Shown here in pieces: positions 11,052 through 22,663 of a stretch of 64,000 bases of DNA. A model generated the notes under the pieces. That model worked only from the letters and a program-made list of their open reading frames with translations. It did no database searches and was not told the DNA's origin. This stretch comes from Phyllosticta citribraziliensis (taxonomy: Eukaryota). Positions within the stretch are counted from its first letter, which is position 1; every line of letters starts with the position of its first letter. The translations under genes and the position numbers were made by a program. The stretch spans positions 1,798,001-1,862,000 of the forward strand of contig NW_027117346.1 in assembly GCF_038025025.1 (NCBI RefSeq), given 5' to 3'.

Positions 11052-11659
11052 GGTTGTGAGCGCAAATTCGTCATGAACGATGGAAACCGAACTTGAAGCA
11101 GGCCACATCCGCTGTATGTGACACCGATTGCTTGTCGCGTTCGCGAGCAGACGCGCTCGGGGTTGACTGTGGACGTTGGAGCGACAGCCGTGTGGAGATG
11201 GTCGAGACAAGCAGGGGTGTGTGCACTCCCCTAACCACATTAGGAACTTTTAAGCGAGGGCCACGTTCTCCGACTCGCAAAATTCCGCCCGCCCTCCACA
11301 CACTTTACGAGCAACACACGTCCCCAACGTATTGAAGATTCCCATGAAATTTTGAACTGGGAAAGATGCTTTGGTGCGAAGACAGGCCCAATTTCCGATG
11401 TAGCATCTCTAGAGCGATGGTACATGTGGAAAGAATGATCAAGCTCGTCGGGAGCTACTTCTCGCATTGCAAGCGAACGTCCTCGAGAGAAAAAATATTT
11501 GGAAGGAACATCTTCCATGCTGTCCGAGGTCACGCCTGTTCTATTGTAACTTTATGAGACAGCGCATTTTATCCACTTCCTCTCACCCCACATTACTCGT
11601 GTCCTGTTCTGCAGTCTTAGGTCTGATGGAGCAAAAAGAGAGCAAAAAGACAAGGCTAG

Positions 11660-11774
11660 AGGTCTATCCCGGGTTCGAACCGGGGTTGCCGGAATTTTTC
11701 GAAAGTCAAGCAGTATTACGGTGAATCCTGCTTACATCTCAAAATCCGGAGTGCTGCCACTACACCAATAGGCC
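11660..11774 (-). tRNA. tRNA-Gln (anticodon TTG) with 44-nt intron (11695-11738)
   Basis: Minus strand: GGCCTATTGGTGTAGTGGCAGCACTCCGGATTTTGA-[intron]-TTCCGGCAACCCCGGTTCGAACCCGGGATAGACCT. Has A and B boxes, anticodon stem CCGGA/TCCGG, U73 discriminator and downstream TTTTT Pol III terminators. One C:A mismatch in the acceptor stem. Confidence 0.92.
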
Positions 11775-12119
11775 TGTGATACGATAGGGAACTGAAAAGT
11801 ACAATATATATACTGTTAATTAAAATGCTACGAAGTCCTTTCGTTCGCCGCCACTTCGCCGCAAGTCGATTCTCCGAGCGTTTATGATGGCTTATTAATG
11901 GATCAAAATAGCCGCTAGTGCTGATAGTTCCTGGTTCGATTGATTGAAAATGTGTGGGCAACTATTTGAGCTAGAAGTGTGCTGCAACTACAAAACCCGA
12001 TGCAAAACTCGGTCTGGCGAAACATAAAAAGCATTCGCTCCTAGCACAAATCGCTTTCCATTGATAGCTTTCACAATCGTTAGGCATGATACTAGATCAC
12101 TAAAGGCGTGCGTGGGTGA

Positions 12120-13170
12120 CAAATCAGTACGTAGGTAGTCGAGAAAAATGTTGCAGCCAAGTCAGGAAACGAGCCTTGGGTTTTTCGGGGCATGGCTACG
12201 CCACAAAGCGAACAGGCCTCCTCGGAAAAATAGGAGACGTGCAGGATAATATTAGAGCCCTAGTTGGCGGAGAAGATATCAACTCATTGGACATCGTATT
12301 GCAACTGATGCTCCTCCGCAGACAACTACATTTTTCTGGCGACAGTTTTCATAGAATACCAAAGGGGGACAATCAGTCCTGTCTCATACCCCATTAATCA
12401 AGAGACCTATCAAAGACCCTGCAAATCTCCACTGCGGCCGCGTCCAGGGAGTATTCATCTACTACCACAATTGTGCCTTGGGAACGAACGTCCGCTATCA
12501 CATTTGGCCCGTAGATTTCTGACACCCCATTTTCAACATCTGATCCCCCTTTCTGGATCATTACATTTTCTTACGTTCTGAAATTGTTTAAGTGCAAATG
12601 AGAAGCTGATGCGACCATTGTCGATGAGGTTCAACATCTATGCCATGATGTCAAAAGAGCGCAAGTCAAGCAGTGTCGCACTCACCTCTCGGAGTTCGCG
12701 GGAGGGATATCCAGCCAACGTTCTCGCCTTCAGCTGCGCTCGAATCTTTAGATGGAAGACCTTCTTGTCTCCATCTGGACTTATGAGCATGTTCCCGACT
12801 AGATCCAGCAGAGTTACATCTTCGACGGCCTCTCGCTTCTGCATTGTGGTAATGTCCAACTGCGTCACTGAAGTGCTCTGGACCTACTGACAAGCCCGGC
12901 AGATCAATGAACCACGATTGGTTCAAACTATATGTATCGTGGATCCGGGTGTTGATGACAAGAGTTCGAATTCCTCTTCCCGCAACGAGAATCGGGGGGC
13001 AGTCATTCGCTCCCACAGCTCTGCTGTTCGCCGCTGCAGCTAGATATAGAGAGTACATCTTCGACACCCACTGTGCTACGCTGGCACAGGGTTGGTCACA
13101 CAACCGCAGTTCTAGGCCTTTGTCGAAGTGCAGCGCACTGCATACGTTGAAAGCAAGATGCGTCTGCACA
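12120..13170 (-). pseudogene. Possible heavily decayed protein-coding gene of unknown family
   Basis: Consecutive protein-like minus-strand segments (ORFs 12666-13169 and 12638-12868, then LMGYETGLIVPLWY..CSLCG) interrupted by stops and frame changes, with an upstream GCTGAC..CAG acceptor. No recognisable motif. Confidence 0.3.
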
Positions 13171-14034
13171 ACGTGTGATTATCGTCAGCGCATGTGAACA
13201 GACAGTTTTATTTTCCTGGCTGGCATGAGTGGCGACACTGGACGGAAACTCTAGGTCGGCGGTTACAGATAATGATGGGCCAAAGACGGAGGCATGAAAT
13301 AAAGCGATTGGCTGCGAGCGGTACATTTCAGCATGGCTGCATAGGATGGGCGTCTTTAGTGTTGGCAGCCCAAAAGCCTATTTCGACCTACTCTGGTCGA
13401 TTTTTCACGCACGGCGTCGGCAGCAATTTGATTGGCGCGCGCTACGAGCTGGGCCTATCTTTCCGCATGGATGACAGTGTTTTTGCCACAAATGGATATG
13501 TTGCCATCGAGCATTCTTGACCTGCGAAGATTGCGGCCCAAGGCTTCGGGACCGCAATGGTCAAACACGGGGCCGATACATGTAAGCATGGCATTTGTAG
13601 TCTGTACCATCAGACACGTGTCAGCGGGGAAAGAGAAGAGGGGCAGCGGACCAGCAGCAGTAGCAGCAAAAGTGGAAATGGCAGGAGACGGCGACAGTGC
13701 GTGACGTGACTACTCTGCCTACCTTTGCGCGGAGGCGGGGCACTCTTTCCAGAAAGCTACCTCGTCTGTCGCTTTCCCTGCAGACGCCCTTCCTTCACCG
13801 CTCGTCATCATCTTCCGACAGTGCAGTCCAGTACGAGACGCAAGCATCCCAGACCCGGACAGACATACCAGCGGACCGGCCCGCCATAACTGCAAAGTCA
13901 AGGAATCCTCAGCGGGATACGTGCCGCCACCACAGCAAAGGAACCTAGCCTTGCCCGCCTAGCCAACATCAAACATCTTCTCGTCTCGGCCCCAGTCGAT
14001 CACCCCGAAGCTTTCAGTCAACGTACAGCGCAAG

Positions 14035-14795
14035 ATGGTACGTTGTCATCGGATCTGCAAACAGGAAATTCAAACTGACCAAGTTCGCCGCGCAGTCTGC
14101 CGACCTGAGCCAGCAGCAACTCGACGACTTTCGGGCTGCATTTGCAGTCTTTGTACGTCCTTGTACCCGAAGCGGGGGAGTCTAGTGCTAACGACACGCG
14201 CAGGACAAGAATAGCGATGGTAAAGTGCTTCGTCCAATACGTTTTCGGTCCTGACCGATATGCGTTACGCAGGCGTCATCACGGCCGAGGAGCTGGGCGA
14301 AGTAATGCGCTCGCTTGGACAGGAGCCGACAGAGGAAGAGCTTCGCGACATTGTCAACGAGTTGGACATCGACACGTCGGGGTCGATTGACTTTGAAGGT
14401 CTGTAGCCCATCCGTCAGATGCGCTGCTACCACTCACTCCGCCGTCATCCACCTTGACGACTACCAGCTCCAGTCTAACCAAACTTTTGCGGGTTTGTAG
14501 AGTTTCTGAAAATGATGGCGGCCAAGTCGAAGAGCATGGACACGGAGCAGGAGCTTCGCCAGGCCTTTGCCGTCTTCGACCGCGACGGCACCGGCACAAT
14601 CGATGCTGGCGAGCTGTCCCATGTGCTTAAGTCGTTGGGAGAGAAGCTGAGCGACGCCGAAATTGACGAGATTATCAAACAAGCGGACTTGAATGGAGAT
14701 GGCGCGATTGACTGTGAGTTACTCTGTCGTTGATGACCACATTGCTGACGCAGTGTCGAGATAATGAGTTTGTGCGCTTTATCAAGTCGCAATGA
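14035..14795 (+). CDS. Calmodulin-like EF-hand protein (divergent calmodulin paralog), 6 exons
   Basis: First exon is ATG only, as in fungal calmodulin. Spliced [106 protein letters not shown], giving four canonical EF loops. Confidence 0.92.
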
Positions 14796-15494
14796 CGAGG
14801 TGGTAATGCCTGGATTTTGGAAGGACTGGTAAGGTCGTTTGATGAGCTTTGAAAATGCCATTCTTTACGCAACCACATCTCTTTCCTTTGACCATATGAT
14901 GCCGAAATGTAGAACTGCCTCTTCCGGATACGCCAAGTGCATCCTTGCCAAAGATGGGAAACCGGCGGGCCTGACACAAGCCACAAGTCGAATACCGTCG
15001 AGGGAGCTGACCACGACACGGAGATGATTTCTCCGAAAGACACCTCCTTTACGGCTCGAGCCCAAAGACCGCCGGCGAGGAGCATCAACCTGACACATTC
15101 AGCGAGAGTAGGGGTGGTGGATCAGCGCGGGGGTTGGGGGACCGTGCGGTTTGCAGATGGAGACAACAGGCCAGGCGGCTATCACGGCGCTCTCGTCTCG
15201 TCCCATCGCTTGCCTTGCGCGTTTCATCCGGGGCCGGTCTCGACGCTCGCTTCGCTGCTGCTTCGACTCGACGACTCCGACCGCCACAATATACCTATTG
15301 CCATGGCGCCCTCCTGTCGGCCTGTTTCGTTTCTCTTGTTTTCCTCTACTTCTCCACTCCGCTAGCCGGTTGTCGAATTGCCTTTCAAGTCCTTCTTTCT
15401 CTTCTGCTTGCGTTGAGCCTTTTGCTTTGGTACGAGTTGATCTCGTTACAGTCATTCTTTTCACCCAAAAACCACCCTCACTCATTCAAGCAAC

Positions 15495-16598
15495 ATGTAC
15501 GCTCCCAAGAGCATTCTTCTGGCCGGGCTTGCCGGCTACGCCGCGGCGGGCACCACGCTGTGGGACGGTCGATTCAACGCGAAGACCGAGAGCAACCTGA
15601 AGAGCTGGTCATGGTCAAACCAGGCGGGCGCGTACCAATATTACATCCACGGCTCGGGTGAGCTGTCGTCTTACGTCAACGTTGCGGCCGACTTTAAGAA
15701 TCCTGCCGACACGGCGTCGGACCTGGGAGCCAAGATCAGCATCGACTCGACGTCGCAGTGGAACAGTGGCGGCATGCTGCGGACTGAATTGATTCCCCAG
15801 ACCGACGCCGCCATCAACGAGGGCACCGTCTACTACCACTTTTCGCTCATGCGCAAGGCCGCCAACGCACCAAACGCCGGCTATGAGCACCAGGTCTGCT
15901 TCTTCGAGAGCCACTTTACCGAGCTCAAGTACGGCCTCATCAGCGGCGAGAGCGGCTCCACTGACCCGGCTCTGAAATGGTACGCAAACTCGGAGAGCCA
16001 GTGGAACGCGACGCTCGAGCCCGGCGTCTGGCACAATGTTGCGTACGAAATCGACTTTTCCGGAGGTCAAGTGTCGTACTATCACTCGACGGGCGCCGAG
16101 GATCTCAAGAAGGTTGCCGGCCCTGTCAGTGTCGATGCCTCGTCCAACGGTGCTGACTGGCACTTGGGTGTCCTCCGCCTCAATGCTGGCACCGACGACA
16201 CCAAGGAGGACTGGTACTTTTCTGGCGTGTACATTGAGAGTGGCGACCTCACCACGTCGGTTGCTGGTGGCAAGTCGTCGTCTTCGGGTGCCAGCTCTTC
16301 TTCCGGCGCCTCTGCTGCTGCCGCTGCTGTCGCGTCGACTCCGGCTGCTGTCTCGTCGCCTGCTGCCGTCTCGTCGCCAGTTGCTGTCTCCACCCCTGCC
16401 GCCGTGAGCACCCCGGCTGCCGTCTCGGCACCCTCTGCTCCATCCACCCTCGTGACGTTGGCGAGCTCCAGCGCCCCCGCGACCGCGACCACGACGGCAG
16501 CTGCCGCTAGCGATGGCACCACCACTTACAACAGCGAGGATGCGTCGGCATTGTACAAGTGGTACGAGAACCTGGTGTCGTTGATCGGACTCAACTAG
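15495..16598 (+). CDS. Secreted glycoside hydrolase family 131 beta-glucanase with Ser/Ala/Pro-rich linker
   Basis: Signal peptide, then LWDGRFN, WSWSNQAGAYQYYIHGSG, MLRTELIPQT, EHQVCFFESHFTELKYG, SSNGADWHLGVLRL and WYFSGVYIESG, all typical GH131 motifs. Confidence 0.9.
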   Translation: MYAPKSILLAGLAGYAAAGTTLWDGRFNAKTESNLKSWSWSNQAGAYQYYIHGSGELSSYVNVAADFKNPADTASDLGAKISIDSTSQWNSGGMLRTELIPQTDAAINEGTVYYHFSLMRKAANAPNAGYEHQVCFFESHFTELKYGLISGESGSTDPALKWYANSESQWNATLEPGVWHNVAYEIDFSGGQVSYYHSTGAEDLKKVAGPVSVDASSNGADWHLGVLRLNAGTDDTKEDWYFSGVYIESGDLTTSVAGGKSSSSGASSSSGASAAAAAVASTPAAVSSPAAVSSPVAVSTPAAVSTPAAVSAPSAPSTLVTLASSSAPATATTTAAAASDGTTTYNSEDASALYKWYENLVSLIGLN

Positions 16599-16996
16599 GG
16601 GCGCCTAGCAAGAGACGGAAAAGGGGCGCGATTGATGCGATGGTGGAGTGGTCTTGTTGATGCGAGGGTCTTATGTTCATGTATATATCAGTTCTGCTTC
16701 TACCTTCTAAGGTGGAAGAGCTCATAAGAAGGACTGCTTGGTGCCCGCGTTTTTGCCTTCCTCCGGTGTTGTCATTGGGCGAAGAATTGTTGAATCAAGC
16801 AATCGACGCCTGTTTTCGAACGTGCTTGACTTGGAAGAGAGATGAGGTGACAAGAGCGAAGCATATCGTCGGAAGCATCGTTCGGTCTGAAATAAGTGGT
16901 CAATATTCAGAGAGCCAACTTTTGCCGTTCTCACAGTGTCGGATCGCGAATCGTTAAAATTCGATGCAATTACCAGTCACAGCCCCGCGGCTTCAT

Positions 16997-17947
16997 CTAC
17001 TTTGCCTGCTGCGGCCCACTTGCACCAACTCCTCCTGCAGCAGATGGCGGCTTCTCGGCTGCCTTCGTCGCCGGCGTTGGCGTTGGCTCCAAGTCGACAT
17101 CATCGAATTCCTCCTCGTAGTGGCGCCACATTTCGGCGTCACGGACGAGGCGCTTTTGTGCACGCATCACTTGCTCATGTTGGATGAGACGGCGATCCGC
17201 TTCGATCATACTGTGAGGGCGTGCGCGGTGGCTTGGGTTAGCCTGCCAATGATATGGAAGGAGACGTGGATATAGAATAAATAGAAAGATGGGCGAACCT
17301 TCCAAAAATCATGCCGCTCATTTGAAGAAATCTGTGGCGGATCTGAGTCAGCTTGAAACCTGCATCAATGAAAGGCCGAGTAGCAGGTTCTCAGATGCGA
17401 TGCATGTAGGAGGCATGGTGACGGTAGAAGAGAAGAATGATGTACGCACACTTTGAACTGCACCGTCAAATTACGGTAGATGGGACTAAATGCCCAACCA
17501 GCGCCGGCCAGAATGGCAGAGTAGATTCCCCACTGTTGCAAACTCACGGGTTAGCCACAGCAGACAGACACTCGGGTATCCGGAGCTAGTTGTGTTGGAT
17601 GAACGAGAGAGCGATGCGTCTTCCGTGGCTGTTCCTTGCTCTTCTTTGGTCCAAATTGCTGTGATGGTTGACGAAGTTGCCCAGCAGAGACCGATGGCAA
17701 CAAAGGCTGAGATATGCCTTTGACCTGTCCACGGCGGCTGAGTTCCCACAGTCCAGACGATTTCCAAACCTCTCGAAAGATTTGATTCCATGACAAAATA
17801 GAAATTCATGAAAATAGAAAGGGATGAAAGCAGAGACAACTTTCAAAATCAACATACCCTAGCCGCGCCCACACCTGCGCCTCTCGCCGCGACCCACGCA
17901 GCGCTGTTGATCTCCTCATCCTTCTCCAATGACCCATGTCTACGCAT
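16997..17947 (-). CDS. Small conserved fungal membrane protein (possibly HIG1/Rcf-like), 4 exons
   Basis: Spliced MRRHGSLEKDEEINSAAWVAARGAGVGAAR|WGIYSAILAGAGWAFSPIYRNLTVQFKV|FLQMSGMIFGS|MIEADRRL.. with GT-AG introns and branch sites. Frame is preserved across exons. Confidence 0.75.
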
Positions 17948-18824
17948 GATGGAATGCTTGCCGTGAGCTGTCTTCTCTCGAAGACCAAAGCACTAAGAAC
18001 AAGGCCACGGCCAGACTGAAACCGCTCGGTGGATGGCAGCGATAGTTGGCGAGCGAGCCAGCTCTCTGCTCGATTGTCTGCTCGCGTGCGTGCTGGAGCG
18101 TGTCAAAAATGGAGTTGCGCTGCGCTGCTTTTTCTGCGTTGTTGAAGGTGCACTGATGATCGCTCGCAAATTTCAAATCGAAGCGCAACCCGAGCCTGTC
18201 GAATTGGCGTGTTTGTCCCTTCGCAGCTCGTACCGTCGTCGTCCGTTGTGGGCGGAGTACCAGGCAGCTTGGCTTCATTCGGGTGGAGTTTGAGGGCCTG
18301 GGCCGGGAGTCGGCGGGCGGCCGGGGTCGGCGACGGCGACGTCATCCCTCTGGTACGAGTTGGTGTTCTGATGCCGAAGATGCCGAGAGGAGTCCCCTCC
18401 AACACCACTCCGTGATCACAATGCGTAGTGAAGGAGAATGCAATTGGAGCGTATTGTTCTTATTCGTCTAGAAACGCCCAGACTACCACAGGTAGACGTT
18501 GCGACGACAAAACCCAGCCAGGTTCACTATCAATACAAGATAAAATAGGTAGCATCCCAACCACCAGAATGCGCGAGCGAATGATAGAATGATGCCATGC
18601 CAACACATGCATATCCTTTATCCATCCGTCAAACACGGAAAATGGCCAGCCAAAAACAAACCAATCCCATTGACTCCATGCAAGCGCTCGCCCGCTCGCC
18701 ATGTCATCCAGAAACCCAGAAGAGGAAGGAAAGAAAAAGATCAAGTTGCCCCAGACAGAAATGCAGAGAATGAAATCTTCAAACGACACAATGCTCTTTT
18801 GCTTGTTTCTTCAACCTCGTCCAC

Positions 18825-20466
18825 TCATGCCGGCGCCCCATTCGCTGGGGTCCTCCCGTTTGCCTTGTGCTCGACGTCGTCTTTGTTGCGTTCATCCGCG
18901 TCTTCGTCCTCCGAAATCAGCCCCTCAAGCTCAAATTCCTCCGCGTCTCTCAATCGTTGTTCTTCCGAGGCAGAGTGTACGTGGCGGGTACGGCGATTGC
19001 GCAGCGCTCCGTTTGCTCCATGAGCAGCGGGATCTGGTTTGGTGGTCTCGGGCCACGCATACGTGGCGTAGATGTGGAGAAGCATGTTGACAACTGGAAC
19101 ATGTTAGCAATGTGTGCGCACGTTTGAAAGGCGACATACAGAGATACAGCAGGAATGCAATGCTGTAGAGAATCAGAACGTAAGAAACGTGCGTGACGTG
19201 GGCATCCGAGAGTAGTGCCATTTGTTCCTCGGTAGCGCCCATGAACAAAAACCCAGACGCGTAGAGAAGCTATCAGGCGTCAGCATGTTTTCTCACCAAG
19301 CTCGTTTCTTTCCACATACAAATGGCGGCAGGTGCTGCCAGCTGTTGATTTCGGTACCGTCCTCGCTGACGCCGTTCTTGTCCTTGAGGACAAAGGAAAT
19401 CTCGATGATCCGGGTAATGCCTGCGCCCATGAGGGTATATCCAAAGATGGAATGGACCATGGTTGACAAGGGAAGAGTCTGCGCGTGCGCAGACATGGCG
19501 AATCCAGTAAGGAGGATGACGATGCCCGGAATCAAGTTTCTCTTAGGCCTGCCGTCCCTGCTCCTGCTCAACCAGATGCCAACGAGGCCAGCGCACCACC
19601 AAACAATTCCCATGGACGTGTGCTGCAGGTCGTTGTGAACCCAAGGCCCTCCCCACCGGTGCTCCGTGAACGTGTTGACGCAGCCCCACGCGGCGATGGT
19701 GAAGGAATCGAAGAATTCTTGGCTCCGCCCGGTCCTCTTGAGCCACAGCTGGCCGACCAAGAGGAGGATAGTCATGATGATTCCGTAGGCGATGAAGGCG
19801 CTGCCCATGATGAAGTGAGCGAGGCACTGGCCGAGGTGGTCGTCGCGACAGAAGCCCAACGAAGTGATGCCTCCAAATAGCATCTGGATCCATGCCAGCA
19901 GTGGCATGAGCTTTCCTACAATTCCGTGCGCCATGACGACATGTCTCCTTATCCGGCCGTGGATGCCCTTTTCGAGGTGAAGCTTGAGATAGATGCCAAA
20001 GACGACTTGCAGGAACAGCATGAGCATGAGGGTCGGCGCATATTTCCCGTGGACATTGTCGGGAGCGAACTGGCGGCCCTTGTGGCTATGGCCGAGAATG
20101 TATCCCAAGATGGCCAGGACGGAGGCCGTGGTCTGGAGCGGAACATGCCATCTCGAGCGGGTTATCTAGGGAGTATGTGAGCGCGCGGTGGACGAATGGA
20201 CGCGGGATACGCACGCCCAAGACCATTCCAGTGGGAAAGAGGACGCCCCAGGCGAGGGTCTGGATGAGGATGTGGATCCATAGCACCGAGTCCTGAGGAC
20301 AGCGTCAGCAAGGCCGGCGGGCGGGATTGTTTCTTGTTCTCACGATTGGATCCGCAGACACGCCCGACCCCTCTGGAATGTTCTCCATGTGGTGTTCGTG
20401 GGCACGAGCCGTGGCCGCGAGACAGAGTAGCGCGGCTAGGCCTGAGGAGCGCATCGGCTTATACAT
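18825..20466 (-). CDS. YTP1: YTP1-like integral membrane protein (cytochrome b561-like / Ytp1 C-terminal domain), multi-exon
   Basis: Signal peptide then HEHH, LWIHILIQTLAWGVLFPTGMVLG, LGHSHKGRQF, GFCRDDHLGQCLAHFIMGSAFIAYG, GCVNTFTEHRWG, DLQHTSMG, FMGATEEQM. Confidence 0.85.
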
Positions 20467-20965
20467 GCTGGCGGGTTAGCCAGGCGGTTGCGCGGCCGTT
20501 GCGACGGAGGTGAGACGAAAGCTGCGGCGGAGCGGGAGGTGCGGAAGGATGCGCAGTCGGGGCGAGGTGTTTCGAGAGGGGCTCGCGGGAAGGCTGAGAG
20601 CAGGAAACAGGAGAGGACGTCTTGGTTGCAAGGTGTTGTTCAGTCGATCAGGCGTCACAGCGGTTGCGGAGCATCTGGCAGCTTACGCGCAAGTCAGTCA
20701 AGCCAGGACCAGCGGGAAAGTAATGGCAGCCGTTGAGTGGTTCCTATTACCCTGAGGCCGCCTCATTCCGACCTTCAAAGACGACGACCCGACCTGACCT
20801 CCGCTGCTCCCCACCACCAAACCACCATCGTCATTCTCAAAAGGTTGATGCGGCGACTCGCCCTTGGCGCCAAGCTGTCCTGTTGCTTGTTCCGGTCTGT
20901 CTTTGCTTCGCCGAGCCTCTACCCCGTCCTCGTCAGGCGATCCAAACCGTGCGCTCAACTTGAAC

Positions 20966-21406
20966 ATGGCCGAAGCAGAGCACCACCATGATCAGCACGC
21001 TCCAATTCCAGGAGCAAACCCGGCCCAGTCTGACGATCAACAAGGGGACAAGGTCCCAAACGCCAAAGACAAACGCCTGGTACGTTGCACCTTTTTCTAT
21101 CCCACAATCTGACCACGACTGACCAATGACGTGCAGGCTGACATGATGCGACGCACTGCCGACCTCGACGCCGCTCTGGCCGACATCTGCGCACGGAGGG
21201 CCGACCTGGAGACTAACTGGACCCATGATGGTTCCCGCACTGCTCTCGACGAGGCCAAAGCGGTCATCAAAGAGCACATTCGTCTGTTGCACGACTACAA
21301 CGAGATCCGTGACGTCGGCCAAGGCCTTTTTGGCATCATTGCAGAGTCTCGCGGCGTCAGGGCAAAGGATATCCATGAGGAGTTTGGCATTTCCACCAAG
21401 GATTAG
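20966..21406 (+). CDS. SWI5: Swi5/Sae3 homologous-recombination mediator, 2 exons
   Basis: Swi5 signature HIRLLHDYNEIRDVGQGLFGIIAESRGV; intron ~21080-21136. Confidence 0.88.
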
Positions 21407-21872
21407 ATTTCTTTCGTCAACTCGTCTCCATGAAGTGGCGTGGCAACAAGTCCTGTAACAGGCAGAAGATGAGTGTGCTGGAATTGAGACGCCGTCTCAT
21501 GTCTATGCTATTATGTGAGGCTTCAAATCTCACGTATTTGAGTCTATCGATATGCTGTGACCACTCGAGCCATGTGTGTAAATGGTCCCCTTGTGAGCTC
21601 CATGCCATCCTGCATGTCAAGACGCCGAGCAAATGCATCTGCCACTCGTCGTGTGAAGCTCCCCTGGCTGTATCCGCCGGACGCCTTGCTGCGCTTCCAA
21701 CACCTGAAGAGCAAATAAAGCAAAGCTGTGCTAACCGAAAACCGAAAACCAGAAATGTGCCACCTTGTCCCCGAGGGGAATGCAGGTAAAGGAAAGAGTC
21801 CTACGTCCTTTTGACGCTAGGTAGTCGACGCTGTGGTTTGGGTCGAGTGTGGAAAATCACCAGAGCCGTAAT

Positions 21873-22663
21873 CTAGTCGGTGTCGTCCTCGCCGCTGTCC
21901 GACTCTGCATTGTCCATGTCTTCGTCATCGTCGTCGGCCTCAAAGTCGTCCATGTCCGAATCGGAGCCACCGAACGATTCCGCGTCGCTGTCCTCCCACT
22001 CCATGAAGATGTCGTCGTCCTTGACCGTCTTGAAGGCGTCTTGGTGGGTGGGCATGACGTATCCATCGGGAATGTCCTGCTTGCTCGTATCCAAGTCTCT
22101 CTTGACCATCTGCTTGTATTGTTCGGGGTCTTTGCGCAGCATGACACCAGCGTCCACGTTGGCGGGCGATGAGGGCTCCGCGTCGTCGAGAAGCGAGAGA
22201 ATGGACAGAAGAACCGACTCGACCCGCTGGGCCGGCGACCAGCGCTCCGACGCCAGCTCGCCCGACATCTCGTCCTCGCCGGGAGGATGGAGAATCGATA
22301 TGCAAAGGCGGCCATCAGCGTACACGTTTGGGTGGTAAAGTGGACGCTTGAACTTGAAGTCTGCAATGGGCGTTAGCGAGAGCCATGCATGTCGAGTTGG
22401 TCATGGTACCTGGCGGGCTGTAGGGGTAGTTTTTGGGAAATGTCATCTTGGCCTTGAAGTAGCCGCCGTAGTAGAGAGAGTCGGGGTTGAGGACGATGAG
22501 GGCGACGTTCCACTCGAAGACATTGTCGTCGATGAGCTGCGGCAGGTCAGTCGCGTTGGTTGCACCGTCATGGGCCAGGGCGCTCGGGGGCGCTTACCTC
22601 GATGTCGGTCCAGGTCTCCTTCAAGAGGGCCTTGTACTCGTTCATCAAGACTCGCTCAGCCAT
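21873..22663 (-). CDS. CDC34: Ubiquitin-conjugating enzyme E2, Cdc34/UBE2R type, 3 exons
   Basis: [13 protein letters not shown]..|..[25 protein letters not shown]..|..[35 protein letters not shown] with acidic loop insert and acidic tail. Confidence 0.93.

Noticed and set aside
17533..17857. Intronic snoRNA in an unusually long (325-nt) intron
   Set aside because: No clear C box (RUGAUGA) / D box pair or H/ACA layout found by eye
1..22663. Functional DNA-repair gene cluster (STH1, GEN1-like, SWI5, CDC34)
   Set aside because: Interspersed with unrelated genes (GH131, calmodulin-like, YTP1); no evidence beyond chance neighbourhood
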